Of a stretch of 64,000 nucleotides of DNA, positions 55,234 through 64,000 are shown in pieces; position 1 is the stretch's first letter, and each line of letters opens with the position of its first letter. Made by a program: the position numbers and the translations under genes. The notes beneath the pieces are model-generated. The model saw only the letters and a list, made by a program, of their open reading frames with translations. It did not search any database and had not been told where the DNA came from. Origin of the DNA: Myxococcota bacterium. GTDB lineage: Bacteria > Myxococcota_A > UBA9160 > SZUA-336. The DNA lies in contig CBDFGR010000003.1 of NCBI GenBank assembly GCA_965247115.1, positions 2,496,001 to 2,560,000 of the forward strand, given 5' to 3'.

Positions 55234-56628
55234 TCATCGTCTCAGGCTTCGGCCGCCAAGGAACGGGGCCCTGCGGTCGATCTGCCAGGTCTCGTCCAAC
55301 CCGCCGAAGTCGAAGCTCCCGCGACTGGCGACGTGCCCGGCAGCAGCGCGGTGATTGCGGTCGAAGTCTCTCAGCCGACAGAGGAAGCGCTTGCTGAACG
55401 GACGCGAGAGCTGCAACAGGCCGAACGACACCTCCTCGGGTCGTGCCCGGCGCGCGCGCTGCAGCCAGCGATTCGCCGCTCGAAAGACCGCATAGTTCTG
55501 GAGCCAGGCTTCGATGAAGAAAGCGGCTCGGACGAGCTGATCCAGGAGCGGCGTCCGCGGCAGACCGAGATAGGTCGCCAGCGCGTAGCGGTCTGCGTGC
55601 AAGTCGGTGTTCGCAACACTGGCCGGGGCTTCGTCCTTGAGAAAGTAGCGAATCAGGCTCGCCGGCAGCCGACGCGCGGAACGAAACCTGTACAGCGGCC
55701 AGGGCAGGCAGTCGTGCAGGAACTGCAGCAGCGCCGCCATCATCACCTGCCCGGCCTCGTTCGGCTGGTCGAGCTCGATCTGCCGCTCCTTGATGCTCTC
55801 GCTGAGCCGCCTTGCCTCTTCGATGTCATACGGCAAGAGGTCAGCATCCACTCCGAGGTGGCGGCCCACGGCGCACCAGATGTCCAGATAGGCCTGCTGA
55901 GTTTCCGCGTCGACGACAACGTGAAGCTTGCGCAGCCCTTCCAGCGTGAGAAGGGCGAACGCCATCAGGGTGCCAGCCGTATCCTCGTCGTTGATCGGCT
56001 CGCCGAGGGATCCGACATCCCAGCCCGTACTGATCTCGTTCTTGAGCAGGTAGCGCAGAGCCCCGTGCATCAGACGGACCTTCCGAGCCTCGCGCGTTCC
56101 CTTGCCGTTCCAAGCCAGGCCGCCGGGCGTGAGCACCTGCAAGACGAACTGGGTGGTCTCGGCCAGGCGGCGGTGCGGATCGTTCAACAGAAATCCGCTG
56201 CCTCGCAGCACGGTCACCCCGCGGTGTGCCGCATACGCGGAGGGCAGAGAGAACGCCGCCAGGCTCAACAGGATCTTGACCCCATGCTCGCGAAACAGCG
56301 CGTAGCCCAGCTGCGCCGAGGGGCTGACGGGGACGTTGGCAGGCTCCGCGAAGCGGCTATGCACATGCCCGTGGTCCGAGTACCAATCGCGTTTCTGGAG
56401 TGAGCTCAGGAGCTCCTCCCGGCAGCCATGCGTCTCGGTCTCGAGGCTCTCGACAGCTGCGGGAAAGTCGAAGTCGGTGAACTCCTGAAGCAAGCCGCGA
56501 ACGGCGGAGCCGGGCGACGAGCCTGCGGGGCGCGTTTCCACCACGTGGCACATGACGGCGTCCGACCAGACGTCGACCTCGAGGCGTTTTTGATTCAGGT
56601 CGACACCAGCGAACGGTCTTGTGACCAT
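55234..56628 (-). CDS. DUF2236 oxygenase MpaB/Lcp-like heme protein
   Basis: SLPSAYA, RRLAETTQFV, KVRLMHGALR, PINDED.AGTL. Confidence 0.85.
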   Translation of the reverse strand: MVTRPFAGVDLNQKRLEVDVWSDAVMCHVVETRPAGSSPGSAVRGLLQEFTDFDFPAAVESLETETHGCREELLSSLQKRDWYSDHGHVHSRFAEPANVPVSPSAQLGYALFREHGVKILLSLAAFSLPSAYAAHRGVTVLRGSGFLLNDPHRRLAETTQFVLQVLTPGGLAWNGKGTREARKVRLMHGALRYLLKNEISTGWDVGSLGEPINDEDTAGTLMAFALLTLEGLRKLHVVVDAETQQAYLDIWCAVGRHLGVDADLLPYDIEEARRLSESIKERQIELDQPNEAGQVMMAALLQFLHDCLPWPLYRFRSARRLPASLIRYFLKDEAPASVANTDLHADRYALATYLGLPRTPLLDQLVRAAFFIEAWLQNYAVFRAANRWLQRARRARPEEVSFGLLQLSRPFSKRFLCRLRDFDRNHRAAAGHVASRGSFDFGGLDETWQIDRRAPFLGGRSLRR

Positions 56629-56736
56629 CGGAGGGAGAATTCTCCCATAGGGCCGAGTAGGTGGGAAGACCACCGCCTCGGCGGATCAGCTCGGCGTGTG
56701 AGAGAATGTCCCCGGCCGTGGGCTGGAGATCGTCGC

Positions 56737-58521
56737 GTGCCGACAGCGGAAGAGCTTCACCAGAGACCCGAAAAGACCACTCGCAGGTTGTCGGGGATCC
56801 TGAGTGCCGACGCCGTCGAGTACTCCCGCCTGATGGCGCGAGACGAGGACCAGACCATCCGCTCGCTGAAGGCCGCTCGCAACTTGCTGGGAGGCTTGAC
56901 CCTCCAGCACGGCGGACGCGTGGTCGACGCTGTGGGGGACAACCTGCTGGTCGACTTTGGCAGCGTGGTCGACGCCGTCGCATGCGCAGTTGCCTTTCAG
57001 AACGAGCTGGCCAAGCGCAACGAGGACATAGAACAGACCAGGCAAATGCGCTTCCGGATCGGCATCAACCTGGGTGATGTGGTCGTCGACGGCGATGAGA
57101 TCTACGGGGACGGGGTGAACATCGCGTCCCGGATTCAGGCACTGACGGAGCCCGGCGGCGTATCCGTGTCCGGTGGCGCCTACGAGCAGGTAGCCGGGAA
57201 GCTCGGGCTGCGCTTCGAGGACCTGGGGGAGTGTCAGGTCAAGAACATCCCGAGGCCGGTTCGCGTCTACAACATCGAGTTCTCCGACGAGCACGAGACC
57301 GCCGTTCGGCATACGGTGCCCGGATTTGCTGGACGACCTGCGATCGCCGTCCTGCCCTTCGACAACATCAGCGAGGATCCGAATCAAGCGTACCTCGCCG
57401 ACGGCCTGACCGAGGACCTCATCACGAGGTTGTCTGCCTGGCGGCGCCTCCCCGTCATCGCCCGGAACTCCACATTCGTCTACAGGGGCGCCGTAAACGT
57501 GCAGCAGGTGAGCCGGGAGCTGGGCGTCCGGTACGTCGTCGAGGGCAGCGTTCAGAAGACGGCGGAACGGGTTCGGGTGAGCGCCCAGCTGATCGACGCG
57601 ACCAGCGGTCACCACGTTGTCGCAGCACGCTACGACCAGGAGTTGCGCGACCTCTTCGAGCTGCAGGACGAGGTCACGGAACGAATCGTCGAGGCGATCG
57701 AGCCGGAGATCCGCCAGTACGAGCCGGAACGCGCGGCGCGGCAGGATCCGAGCAGCCTCGAAGCCTGGGACTGCGTGCAGCGCGCCGTGTGGCACCTCAT
57801 GCGGTATACGAGAGCGGACAACCAGAGGGCCGACTCGTGGCTGGGTCGCGCAAGCCAGCTTGCGCCCTTCTTTGCTCCCGCGCAGTACTTCTCGGCACTC
57901 AACGCACTGCACGCGGTCTTCTACGGCTGGACCGACTCGCCCGCTAAGAAACTCGACGCAGCGCTGGTGAATGCCGAGCGGGCCGCGGCTCTGGACGGGA
58001 ACGATTCTGCCGGCCACTCCATCCTGGGCGTGGTCTGCCTCTTCTTCGGGCAGGTGGACCGATCGCTCGAAGAGCATAGACGCGCGATCGAGCTGGACCC
58101 GAGCTTTGCGCTGGCCTACTGGGGACTGGGTCAGTCGCTCGTGTCTGCCGGCCGTCGTCCTCACGATGCGATCGCGATGATCGAGAAGGCCATCAGGCTC
58201 AGCCCGGCAGACGCGCTCACGAACGAGTTCCTCGCCGACATCGCGCTGGCGCAGTTCCAGGCGACCCGCTACGAGGACGCGCTGGCGAGCGCAAGGCGGA
58301 GCCTGCAGCTGAGTCGTGGTGCCAGTGCCTACCGGGCCTGGCCGCTGCTGGTGTCCAGCTACTCGCAGCTGGGGCGAGCGAAAGAGGCGAGCGCAGCGCT
58401 CGCAGAAGCCGAGCACATATCCCTGGCCACGATCGAAACCCTCCTCGGACGCATCACTGGAGACGCGGAGCTCAAAGAACGTCTGCTCGAAGGCCTGCGA
58501 AAGGCCGGGCTCAGCTCGTAG
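56737..58521 (+). CDS. class III cyclase + TolB-N-like + TPR protein
   Basis: SADAVEYS, VGD, GDGVNIASRI, IAVLPFDNIS, ELGVRYVVEGSV, TPRs; GTG start inferred. Confidence 0.9.
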   Translation: MPTAEELHQRPEKTTRRLSGILSADAVEYSRLMARDEDQTIRSLKAARNLLGGLTLQHGGRVVDAVGDNLLVDFGSVVDAVACAVAFQNELAKRNEDIEQTRQMRFRIGINLGDVVVDGDEIYGDGVNIASRIQALTEPGGVSVSGGAYEQVAGKLGLRFEDLGECQVKNIPRPVRVYNIEFSDEHETAVRHTVPGFAGRPAIAVLPFDNISEDPNQAYLADGLTEDLITRLSAWRRLPVIARNSTFVYRGAVNVQQVSRELGVRYVVEGSVQKTAERVRVSAQLIDATSGHHVVAARYDQELRDLFELQDEVTERIVEAIEPEIRQYEPERAARQDPSSLEAWDCVQRAVWHLMRYTRADNQRADSWLGRASQLAPFFAPAQYFSALNALHAVFYGWTDSPAKKLDAALVNAERAAALDGNDSAGHSILGVVCLFFGQVDRSLEEHRRAIELDPSFALAYWGLGQSLVSAGRRPHDAIAMIEKAIRLSPADALTNEFLADIALAQFQATRYEDALASARRSLQLSRGASAYRAWPLLVSSYSQLGRAKEASAALAEAEHISLATIETLLGRITGDAELKERLLEGLRKAGLSS

Positions 58522-59455
58522 CGATCGCTCCGCTGGGTCGCGCGCCGGAGGATCCGAGCTTCGTAGCCGCGTTGTCCATGCTCTCGCAGCAGAGTCGAGC
58601 CGGCTCGAACGCTTCGCCCCACCGGCGGGCCTTGAAGTTGACCGTTGCGAGCCGCTCTCCGAGAAATCGGGTTTCCAGTTTGGCGTCGAGACCGGAGCCG
58701 TCCTCGGCGGGTAGGAGCTCGATCGTCTCGTTGAGAGTCGGGATGCGCAGCATGGCGAACGTCTCGCCCCGCGGGAGGAGCCAGTAGATGCCCGTGTCAC
58801 GCGAACGCCGGTCGGCGGTCGAGTTGCGAAGCCCGCCGCCCGGCAAGTTTGAGAGAGCGAACACCCAGGTGAGGTTTCCGCGCGGAAGGGGAACGGTCGA
58901 GGCGATGTGCGCGTACTCGCGTCCCTCTGTGATCGACTTGTAGAACTTGTAGGAGCCAACGATCATTGGCCTTCCGGTGTGACGCGAAACCCGCACCCAG
59001 GCCCTGTAGTCGGGCGTGTCATCCAGGTCCGCGTCCACCAGCTCGATCGAGCTGTCCAGAGGGGTAAACACCCCCTCCCCGAGGTCCGGCGGGAGCTCCA
59101 GAGCGCGAGCTTCGCTCAGCTGGCGTTGGAACGCGCGCGCCAGAGGGCGCAGCCACGTCCTCCGATTCGGATTCGCGTCCACGCCCAGGGTGAACGTGGA
59201 GGTCTCCTCGTAGAAAGCCGCGATGACGGGATCGATGCGCGTGGGCTCGAAACCACTCGCTCGGAAGGAGGCAAAGTCGTCGACCAGGCCTGCCGCTCCC
59301 TCTGGCTCAAGGATCTGGCCTCGAACCGCCGCTGCAAGGCGCACGAAGAAGTCGCTGTCGACGAGGTCGCGATCGAGATGGAACGCGGTGGCGAAGGAAA
59401 ACCACGGGAACTTCAGGCCCCATCCGTTCCGACTCAGGAGAAACGATGCAGGCAC
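58511..59455 (-). CDS. hypothetical protein (YndJ C-terminal-like)
   Basis: IDPVIAAFYEETS.F, RAWVR, PLPRGN; GTG after GGAGG. Confidence 0.6.
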   Translation of the reverse strand: MPASFLLSRNGWGLKFPWFSFATAFHLDRDLVDSDFFVRLAAAVRGQILEPEGAAGLVDDFASFRASGFEPTRIDPVIAAFYEETSTFTLGVDANPNRRTWLRPLARAFQRQLSEARALELPPDLGEGVFTPLDSSIELVDADLDDTPDYRAWVRVSRHTGRPMIVGSYKFYKSITEGREYAHIASTVPLPRGNLTWVFALSNLPGGGLRNSTADRRSRDTGIYWLLPRGETFAMLRIPTLNETIELLPAEDGSGLDAKLETRFLGERLATVNFKARRWGEAFEPARLCCESMDNAATKLGSSGARPSGAIATS

Positions 59456-59493
59456 TGGCCCTCCGGAATCGAGTGAGTCTGCAACTGAGCGCG

Positions 59494-61026
59494 CTAGCGG
59501 ACCGGGGCAGTCAAGCCTTCGTCTATCATCCGGGCGGTCAGCTCGGGCGTCCGGGTCAGGGCCCGCTTGGTGAACGGGCTCCAGAGCAGCCGCAGGATGT
59601 CCGCCCACTTCATGTGCCGACTGAACTGGCGCAACAGCCGGAAGGTCTGGAGCGGTCGGAACGTGAGCCGCTTCGCGAACAGCAGCATATACCCCTTCTG
59701 GCGCGCCCGGTTGACGACCTCGCTCGGCAGCACCGTCGGGTCGATGTCGGAGCACTTGAACCACTTGCTCCAGTCGCGAGCGTCGTCGATGATCCCCCGT
59801 CTGATGTACTCCCCCCAGAGCGGGGTCCCCCGGTAGACGCAGAGCCGGTTGAAGCCGAACGTGTCCAGCTTGAGCTTGGCCGCGAAGCGGAAGCTCTGCA
59901 CGATGTCGGCCTCTGTCTCGTCGGGCGAGCCGATCAGGAAGAAGCCGTGCGCGGTCGCGATCCCGCTGCGCTTCGCCTCGGCCACGGCCTTCTCGATCTG
60001 CTCCAGGTTCTGCATCTTCTTCAGGCGCTCGAGCACCTTCTGCGTGCCCGACTCCACGCCGAAGGCCAGGAAGCCGCAGTTGGCCTGCGCCATGAGCGGG
60101 AACTGATCGACGGCCACGGAGTCTACGCGACCCTCGCAGCCCCAGCGGAACTCCAGCTTGCGATCGATGATGCCCTGGCAGATCTCCTCGATGCGCTTCC
60201 GCTTCAGCAGGAAGTGGTCATCGGTCAGGTAGATGGAGCGGTAGCCCTCGTCGCTCAGCTGCTGCATCTCGCCCAGCACGTGCTTAGGCGAGCGGTGGCG
60301 CCACTTGCCGTCGGCGAGTGCGGGGATGTCACAGTAGACACAGGGATAGGGACAGCCCCGCGACGTCTGCATCGTGCAGAAGCGGTCGAGCGAGAGTACA
60401 GCCGGGACGTCGAGGGGCATCGACTCGATGTAGTCGATCGGCAGGCTCTTGCGGTCCGCGTAGGGGAAACGGTCCAGATCGCGGAGGATCGGCCTGGCCG
60501 GATTCTCAACGATCTCGTCGCCCGAGCGCCAGACCAGGCCCGCGACGGCGCCCGGATCGTGCACGTGATCCAGGTAATCGGGAAGCAGGTCCTCGCCCTC
60601 TCCACGTCCCACGCAGTCGGCATATGGGCAATCCGCCAGCATCTGCCGCGCGTTCATCGTCGCGTATACCCCCCCGAGGATGATCGGGATGTCCGGGGCC
60701 ACCTCCTTGAGCCGCCGCGCCATGCTGTAGGTCGCTGGATAGGAGGTTGTGGAAAGGAAGGACAGTGCGATAACGTCGGGCCGCTCTTCGGTCACCGCCC
60801 CAGCGATGTCGGCCTCTCGCATCCGCGGGTGACACGTGTCGAACATCCGGACCTCGTGACCGTGTTCGCGCACGACCGGAGCCAGCGTCTCGATCCCGAT
60901 CGGAGGGAACGCCATCACCTTGATGCGGCCGTCGACCTCGCCGCCACCCAGCTCCTGGGGCAGGAGCGCGTAGTAGTCCTCGTCCCGAACGTAGATCAGA
61001 AAGATCTTCACTGAGCCGCCTCCCAT
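59494..61026 (-). CDS. B12-binding radical SAM protein
   Basis: PPIG, LGGVYAT, GEGE, SRGCPYPCVYC, GVESG. Confidence 0.93.
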   Translation of the reverse strand: MGGGSVKIFLIYVRDEDYYALLPQELGGGEVDGRIKVMAFPPIGIETLAPVVREHGHEVRMFDTCHPRMREADIAGAVTEERPDVIALSFLSTTSYPATYSMARRLKEVAPDIPIILGGVYATMNARQMLADCPYADCVGRGEGEDLLPDYLDHVHDPGAVAGLVWRSGDEIVENPARPILRDLDRFPYADRKSLPIDYIESMPLDVPAVLSLDRFCTMQTSRGCPYPCVYCDIPALADGKWRHRSPKHVLGEMQQLSDEGYRSIYLTDDHFLLKRKRIEEICQGIIDRKLEFRWGCEGRVDSVAVDQFPLMAQANCGFLAFGVESGTQKVLERLKKMQNLEQIEKAVAEAKRSGIATAHGFFLIGSPDETEADIVQSFRFAAKLKLDTFGFNRLCVYRGTPLWGEYIRRGIIDDARDWSKWFKCSDIDPTVLPSEVVNRARQKGYMLLFAKRLTFRPLQTFRLLRQFSRHMKWADILRLLWSPFTKRALTRTPELTARMIDEGLTAPVR

Positions 61027-61097
61027 TGCTCCTGATTTCGCGGCGGGCAGTATAGTGCGTGCTGCGCTGCCCCGCTCTTAGCCCGCTAGCGCCTCGA

Positions 61098-61967
61098 CTA
61101 GATCGCACCAATCCGCTGGCCAATCTCCGCGTACTTGTCGAGCCAACGCAGCACCGTGTCCTTGTCTTCCGTCGGGCAACGCGTAACCGAACGTTTCACG
61201 AAGCTGTAGTCGGCGAATTTCCTCAGATCGTCCTCAGATGTCTCAAACTCATCGAAGAGCGAGATGGGAACCGTCTCCGGGTCGCGCCCGGCAGCTCTCA
61301 AGCGGACATGCAAATCAGCAACGTCCGCATTCAGATCATCGTGGAAAGCCGGGAGCGGGATCCAACCATCTGCGTAATCGACCACGCGTTGCCTCCCCCA
61401 TTTCGATGCGAGAGTCCCGAGAAGCAGGGGCGGGTGGGGTTGCTGAAGAGGTTTCGGGTAAGACCACACACGATCGAAATTCACGTAGTCGCCGTGAAAA
61501 GTCGCCTCGGCCTGGGTCCACAATGCCTTCATCGCCTTGATCCGCTCCTCCACTACGCGCCAGCGCGTGTCGTACGCTGTACCGTGATTTTCCATCTCCT
61601 CCCGGTTCCAGCCGGCGCCAATCCCGAACAAAAAGCGCCCGTCCGAGAGTCGATCGACCGTCGCAACGGTTTTGGCGAGCACCAGTGGCTCCCGTTGGCT
61701 TACGAGACAGACTCCGGTAGCGACCTTGATGGTGCTGGTCACGATCGCCGCCGCCACGCAGCTGGCAAACGGATCCGAAATGTGAGCGTATTCTTTCGGT
61801 AGCTCAGCATCCTCATCATAGAAATCGAAGGGAGTCTCCCGGCTAGCCGGAATGTGCGTGTGCTCCGGGAACCACACCGACTCGAAACCACGCTCTTCCG
61901 CAGCGATCGCCAGGTCGTCGGCGCGGATCGAATACTCGGTGTTCAGAGTAAGGATTCCGAGCTTCAT
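61098..61967 (-). CDS. LLM-class F420-dependent oxidoreductase
   Basis: PEHTHIP, DPF, GRFLFGIGAGWNREE, PKPLQQPHPP. Confidence 0.92.
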   Translation of the reverse strand: MKLGILTLNTEYSIRADDLAIAAEERGFESVWFPEHTHIPASRETPFDFYDEDAELPKEYAHISDPFASCVAAAIVTSTIKVATGVCLVSQREPLVLAKTVATVDRLSDGRFLFGIGAGWNREEMENHGTAYDTRWRVVEERIKAMKALWTQAEATFHGDYVNFDRVWSYPKPLQQPHPPLLLGTLASKWGRQRVVDYADGWIPLPAFHDDLNADVADLHVRLRAAGRDPETVPISLFDEFETSEDDLRKFADYSFVKRSVTRCPTEDKDTVLRWLDKYAEIGQRIGAI

Positions 61968-62007
61968 TCTCTCTCCGGGGCTACGCGTACGGGAGCGGCA
62001 GCCTGCC

Positions 62008-62460
62008 TCACGCGGCGCGGCGGGCCGCCTGCTGCTGTTCCCACTGCTCCTGTGCCTCGGCCCAGCCGTGGGGTCGCTGTCCGCCGTCCGGAGTCTTCCA
62101 TCCGATCGGGCCGACCATCTGCAGCATGAACACGGTTTCCTCGGGCATCGTCGTGCGATCGTGGATCGCGCCGGCGGCCTCGTAGATGAAGCCGCCGCCC
62201 CGAGCGCTCGTTCCGCCAGCTTCCTTTCCGCCACGGGCCTCGATCTTTCCCTCGAGGATGTAGCCCTCGGCCGGCCCGTGGTGCACGTGCGGGGCGAAGG
62301 TCGAGCCCGCCGGGCAGCGGAACAGCACGGTCCAGGAACCGATCTCCGGGGACACGTGCAGCAGCTTCCACTGCACTCCGCCCGTGTGAAAGTCCTCGCA
62401 GAAATCCTCCCACTCGACATGGTCGGTCTGGACGTACTCGTCGGTGGCTCTCTGTTTCAT
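62008..62460 (-). CDS. cupin, 2,4-dihydroxyacetophenone dioxygenase/ChrR-like
   Basis: PHVHHG, YEAAGAIH. Confidence 0.8.
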   Translation of the reverse strand: MKQRATDEYVQTDHVEWEDFCEDFHTGGVQWKLLHVSPEIGSWTVLFRCPAGSTFAPHVHHGPAEGYILEGKIEARGGKEAGGTSARGGGFIYEAAGAIHDRTTMPEETVFMLQMVGPIGWKTPDGGQRPHGWAEAQEQWEQQQAARRAA

Positions 62461-62485
62461 CCTGTTTCTCCTCGTCTGTCTTGTA

Positions 62486-63652
62486 TTAGAGCGTGATGTC
62501 CCGTTGCCAGTACTCATCACCCTCCTGGCTGATCTCCGCGCGGGCCTGCTCGTTCCACACGCCCTCGCCGATGTAGGTTCCCTTGTACGCGTAAGGCACT
62601 TCGTCAGGGTAGCGCTGCCGGCGGGCATCGATCGCGAGTGGAATCATGCGCGTTCGGCGAAGGACGTAGTCCTCGGAGTACGTGATGGACTTGATGTTCC
62701 CTCCTCCGGGGCACCTGAACGCGTGGACATTGGTCGTCTCCGCGCCGATTGCGGAGCTGCGCTTGTGGAAGCCGAGCACCATGGTGACTCTTCGTGTGGG
62801 GGATCGGTTCGGATAGGAGCCATGAAGAGAGCTTCGGTTCACCATGCCGCAGTCTCCCGGAGCCAGCTGCATGGGAACCGCGTCCGGTAGCCGCTCGGCG
62901 ACTGGGGGGAACTTGCCATCGTTGGCGAGCAACCACCGTCGCTGGCTTCCTGGTACCACCCAGAGGCAGTTCTCCGGAGTGCCATGGCTCCAGGACACGG
63001 ACAGGTTGAAGCCGTGTGTCTTGCCCGACCCGTCCGGTTGCTCCAGGCTCTCTCCGCCCTCGGTCCAATGCGTCCTGCCGTCCTGGTGCCAGGGCGTGGG
63101 AGGACCCTCACCCACCCCTTTGTGGAACACGCTCTCGTGGAAGGGGATGAAATCCGGCCCGTTGACGCTCTCGACCATCTTCAGGATCTGCGGATGCCCG
63201 TACACCCGCAGGGCCGAGTCCATGATCATGAGAGGATGCGACACCAGCCCGACGACGGCCGGAGTATCGGTCTCCGTCGAGCGCTCTTCAGAGCCCTCTC
63301 GCCGAAACAATTCGTCCGCTGACATGGAGTAGTAACCGGCGAACCTCACCGGCCGGCCGTGCTTGTCGATCTCGCTGTCCACGGACACCGGCGCGTTGTC
63401 CAGCACCTGATCGAACTCGAATGCCAGCTCTTCGATCTCTTCCTGCGAAAGCACGCCGGTGAAGACGTAGAAGCCAGTGCGGTGGTAAGCGTCGAGAATG
63501 TCCTGCGCGAGGCGGCCATGCTCGTCGAAACGCATCGGTCCGCGGTTGCCGAGCTTCTGGGCGCGCTCGCGGCCAGTCTGGCAGTACTCTTGCCAAGGAG
63601 TTTCGTTCAGGCGCGTCACGTTGGCCCCTCCCAAGTCCGACGAGAGTACCAC
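62486..63652 (-). CDS. phytanoyl-CoA dioxygenase (PhyH) family protein
   Basis: GFYVF, WHQD, CLWVVPGS, LHGSYPNRS..RR. Confidence 0.88.
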   Translation of the reverse strand: MVLSSDLGGANVTRLNETPWQEYCQTGRERAQKLGNRGPMRFDEHGRLAQDILDAYHRTGFYVFTGVLSQEEIEELAFEFDQVLDNAPVSVDSEIDKHGRPVRFAGYYSMSADELFRREGSEERSTETDTPAVVGLVSHPLMIMDSALRVYGHPQILKMVESVNGPDFIPFHESVFHKGVGEGPPTPWHQDGRTHWTEGGESLEQPDGSGKTHGFNLSVSWSHGTPENCLWVVPGSQRRWLLANDGKFPPVAERLPDAVPMQLAPGDCGMVNRSSLHGSYPNRSPTRRVTMVLGFHKRSSAIGAETTNVHAFRCPGGGNIKSITYSEDYVLRRTRMIPLAIDARRQRYPDEVPYAYKGTYIGEGVWNEQARAEISQEGDEYWQRDITL

Positions 63653-63666
63653 GTCCGGGCGGCTGG

Positions 63667-64000
63667 CTACTTGTCCAGCAGCGCCTCGTAGCGGTGGTCG
63701 GTGAGGGTCTTAAGGAACGCGAGTACTGCACTCTCCAGTGTTTCGTCGGCGAGGGGTTGTCCCCTTCCCAGCAAGTCCAGATCCAGGTTCTCTTTGACCT
63801 CTGGTTCAGCCCAGGGCTGACCGGTTTCCGGATTTACGCGGATCTTTTCGTTTACCACCAAGTACTTGGTGTAGAAGCGGATCACCGTACGAAGGTCCTG
63901 GAATACACCGTTGTGCATGTACGGGCCCGTCACGGCGACGTTCCGCAAGGTCGGCACCCTGAACTTGCCTGCGTAGCTCGAATCCTGAATCGCGGGATGT
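63667..64000 (-). CDS. di-heme cytochrome c peroxidase/MauG family, C-terminal part (runs off the window)
   Basis: [28 protein letters not shown]. Confidence 0.88.
   Translation of the reverse strand, partial: HPAIQDSSYAGKFRVPTLRNVAVTGPYMHNGVFQDLRTVIRFYTKYLVVNEKIRVNPETGQPWAEPEVKENLDLDLLGRGQPLADETLESAVLAFLKTLTDHRYEALLDK

Noticed and set aside
18525..61014. Long antisense or alternate-frame ORFs (e.g. 18525-19943, 29781-31331, 41533-43269, 56686-58959, 59446-61014)
   Set aside because: Shadow ORFs expected in high-GC DNA; they overlap well-supported genes and show no motifs.
8194..63652. 2-hydroxyacyl-CoA lyase plus PhyH as an alpha-oxidation pathway
   Set aside because: The genes are more than 50 kb apart, both families are large, and nothing links them.
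1..64000. tRNA, rRNA, CRISPR arrays, prophage genes
   Set aside because: None recognised by eye; tRNAscan-SE, Infernal and a CRISPR finder would be needed to exclude small RNAs.

Overview
64 kb of GC-rich, gene-dense chromosome from a diderm bacterium (PEP-CTERM proteins, TonB-dependent receptor, secretin, lipoproteins). A Myxococcota/Deltaproteobacteria-like host is a guess from gene content, not a tested assignment. Mobile part: (i) an IS1595-family element at the left edge carries a low-GC type II restriction-modification pair whose endonuclease closely resembles R.KpnI, and it ends in a set of nested IS-end-like repeats; (ii) a complete 2.5 kb IS1595 element (24 bp IRs, 8 bp TSD) carries an OB-fold-like gene plus a PIN nuclease and sits inside the sigma70 promoter/operator of an arsI/cadI gene; (iii) an IS5-family element truncates the cognate arsR. 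Both IS1595 elements share the layout transposase - two-gene cargo - small basic peptide - IR. Core part: a tandem pair of ferritin-like paralogues (one with an intact di-iron site, one with all ligands lost); catabolic enzymes (TPP lyase, CoA transferase, amidase, LLM oxidoreductases, dioxygenases); a CxxCH/LamG/Tat cluster divergent from a TlpA-DUF4266-DUF3570-ApbE flavinylation operon; an orphan SPOR-fused secretin followed by a non-canonical ExbD/TonB-like/helical protein/lipoprotein/ExbB operon; an Lrp-cysteine dioxygenase-YeiH module; and two class III cyclases flanking a DUF2236 heme protein. No rRNA, tRNA or CRISPR array was seen. All family calls come from motifs recognised by eye; no database searches were run.
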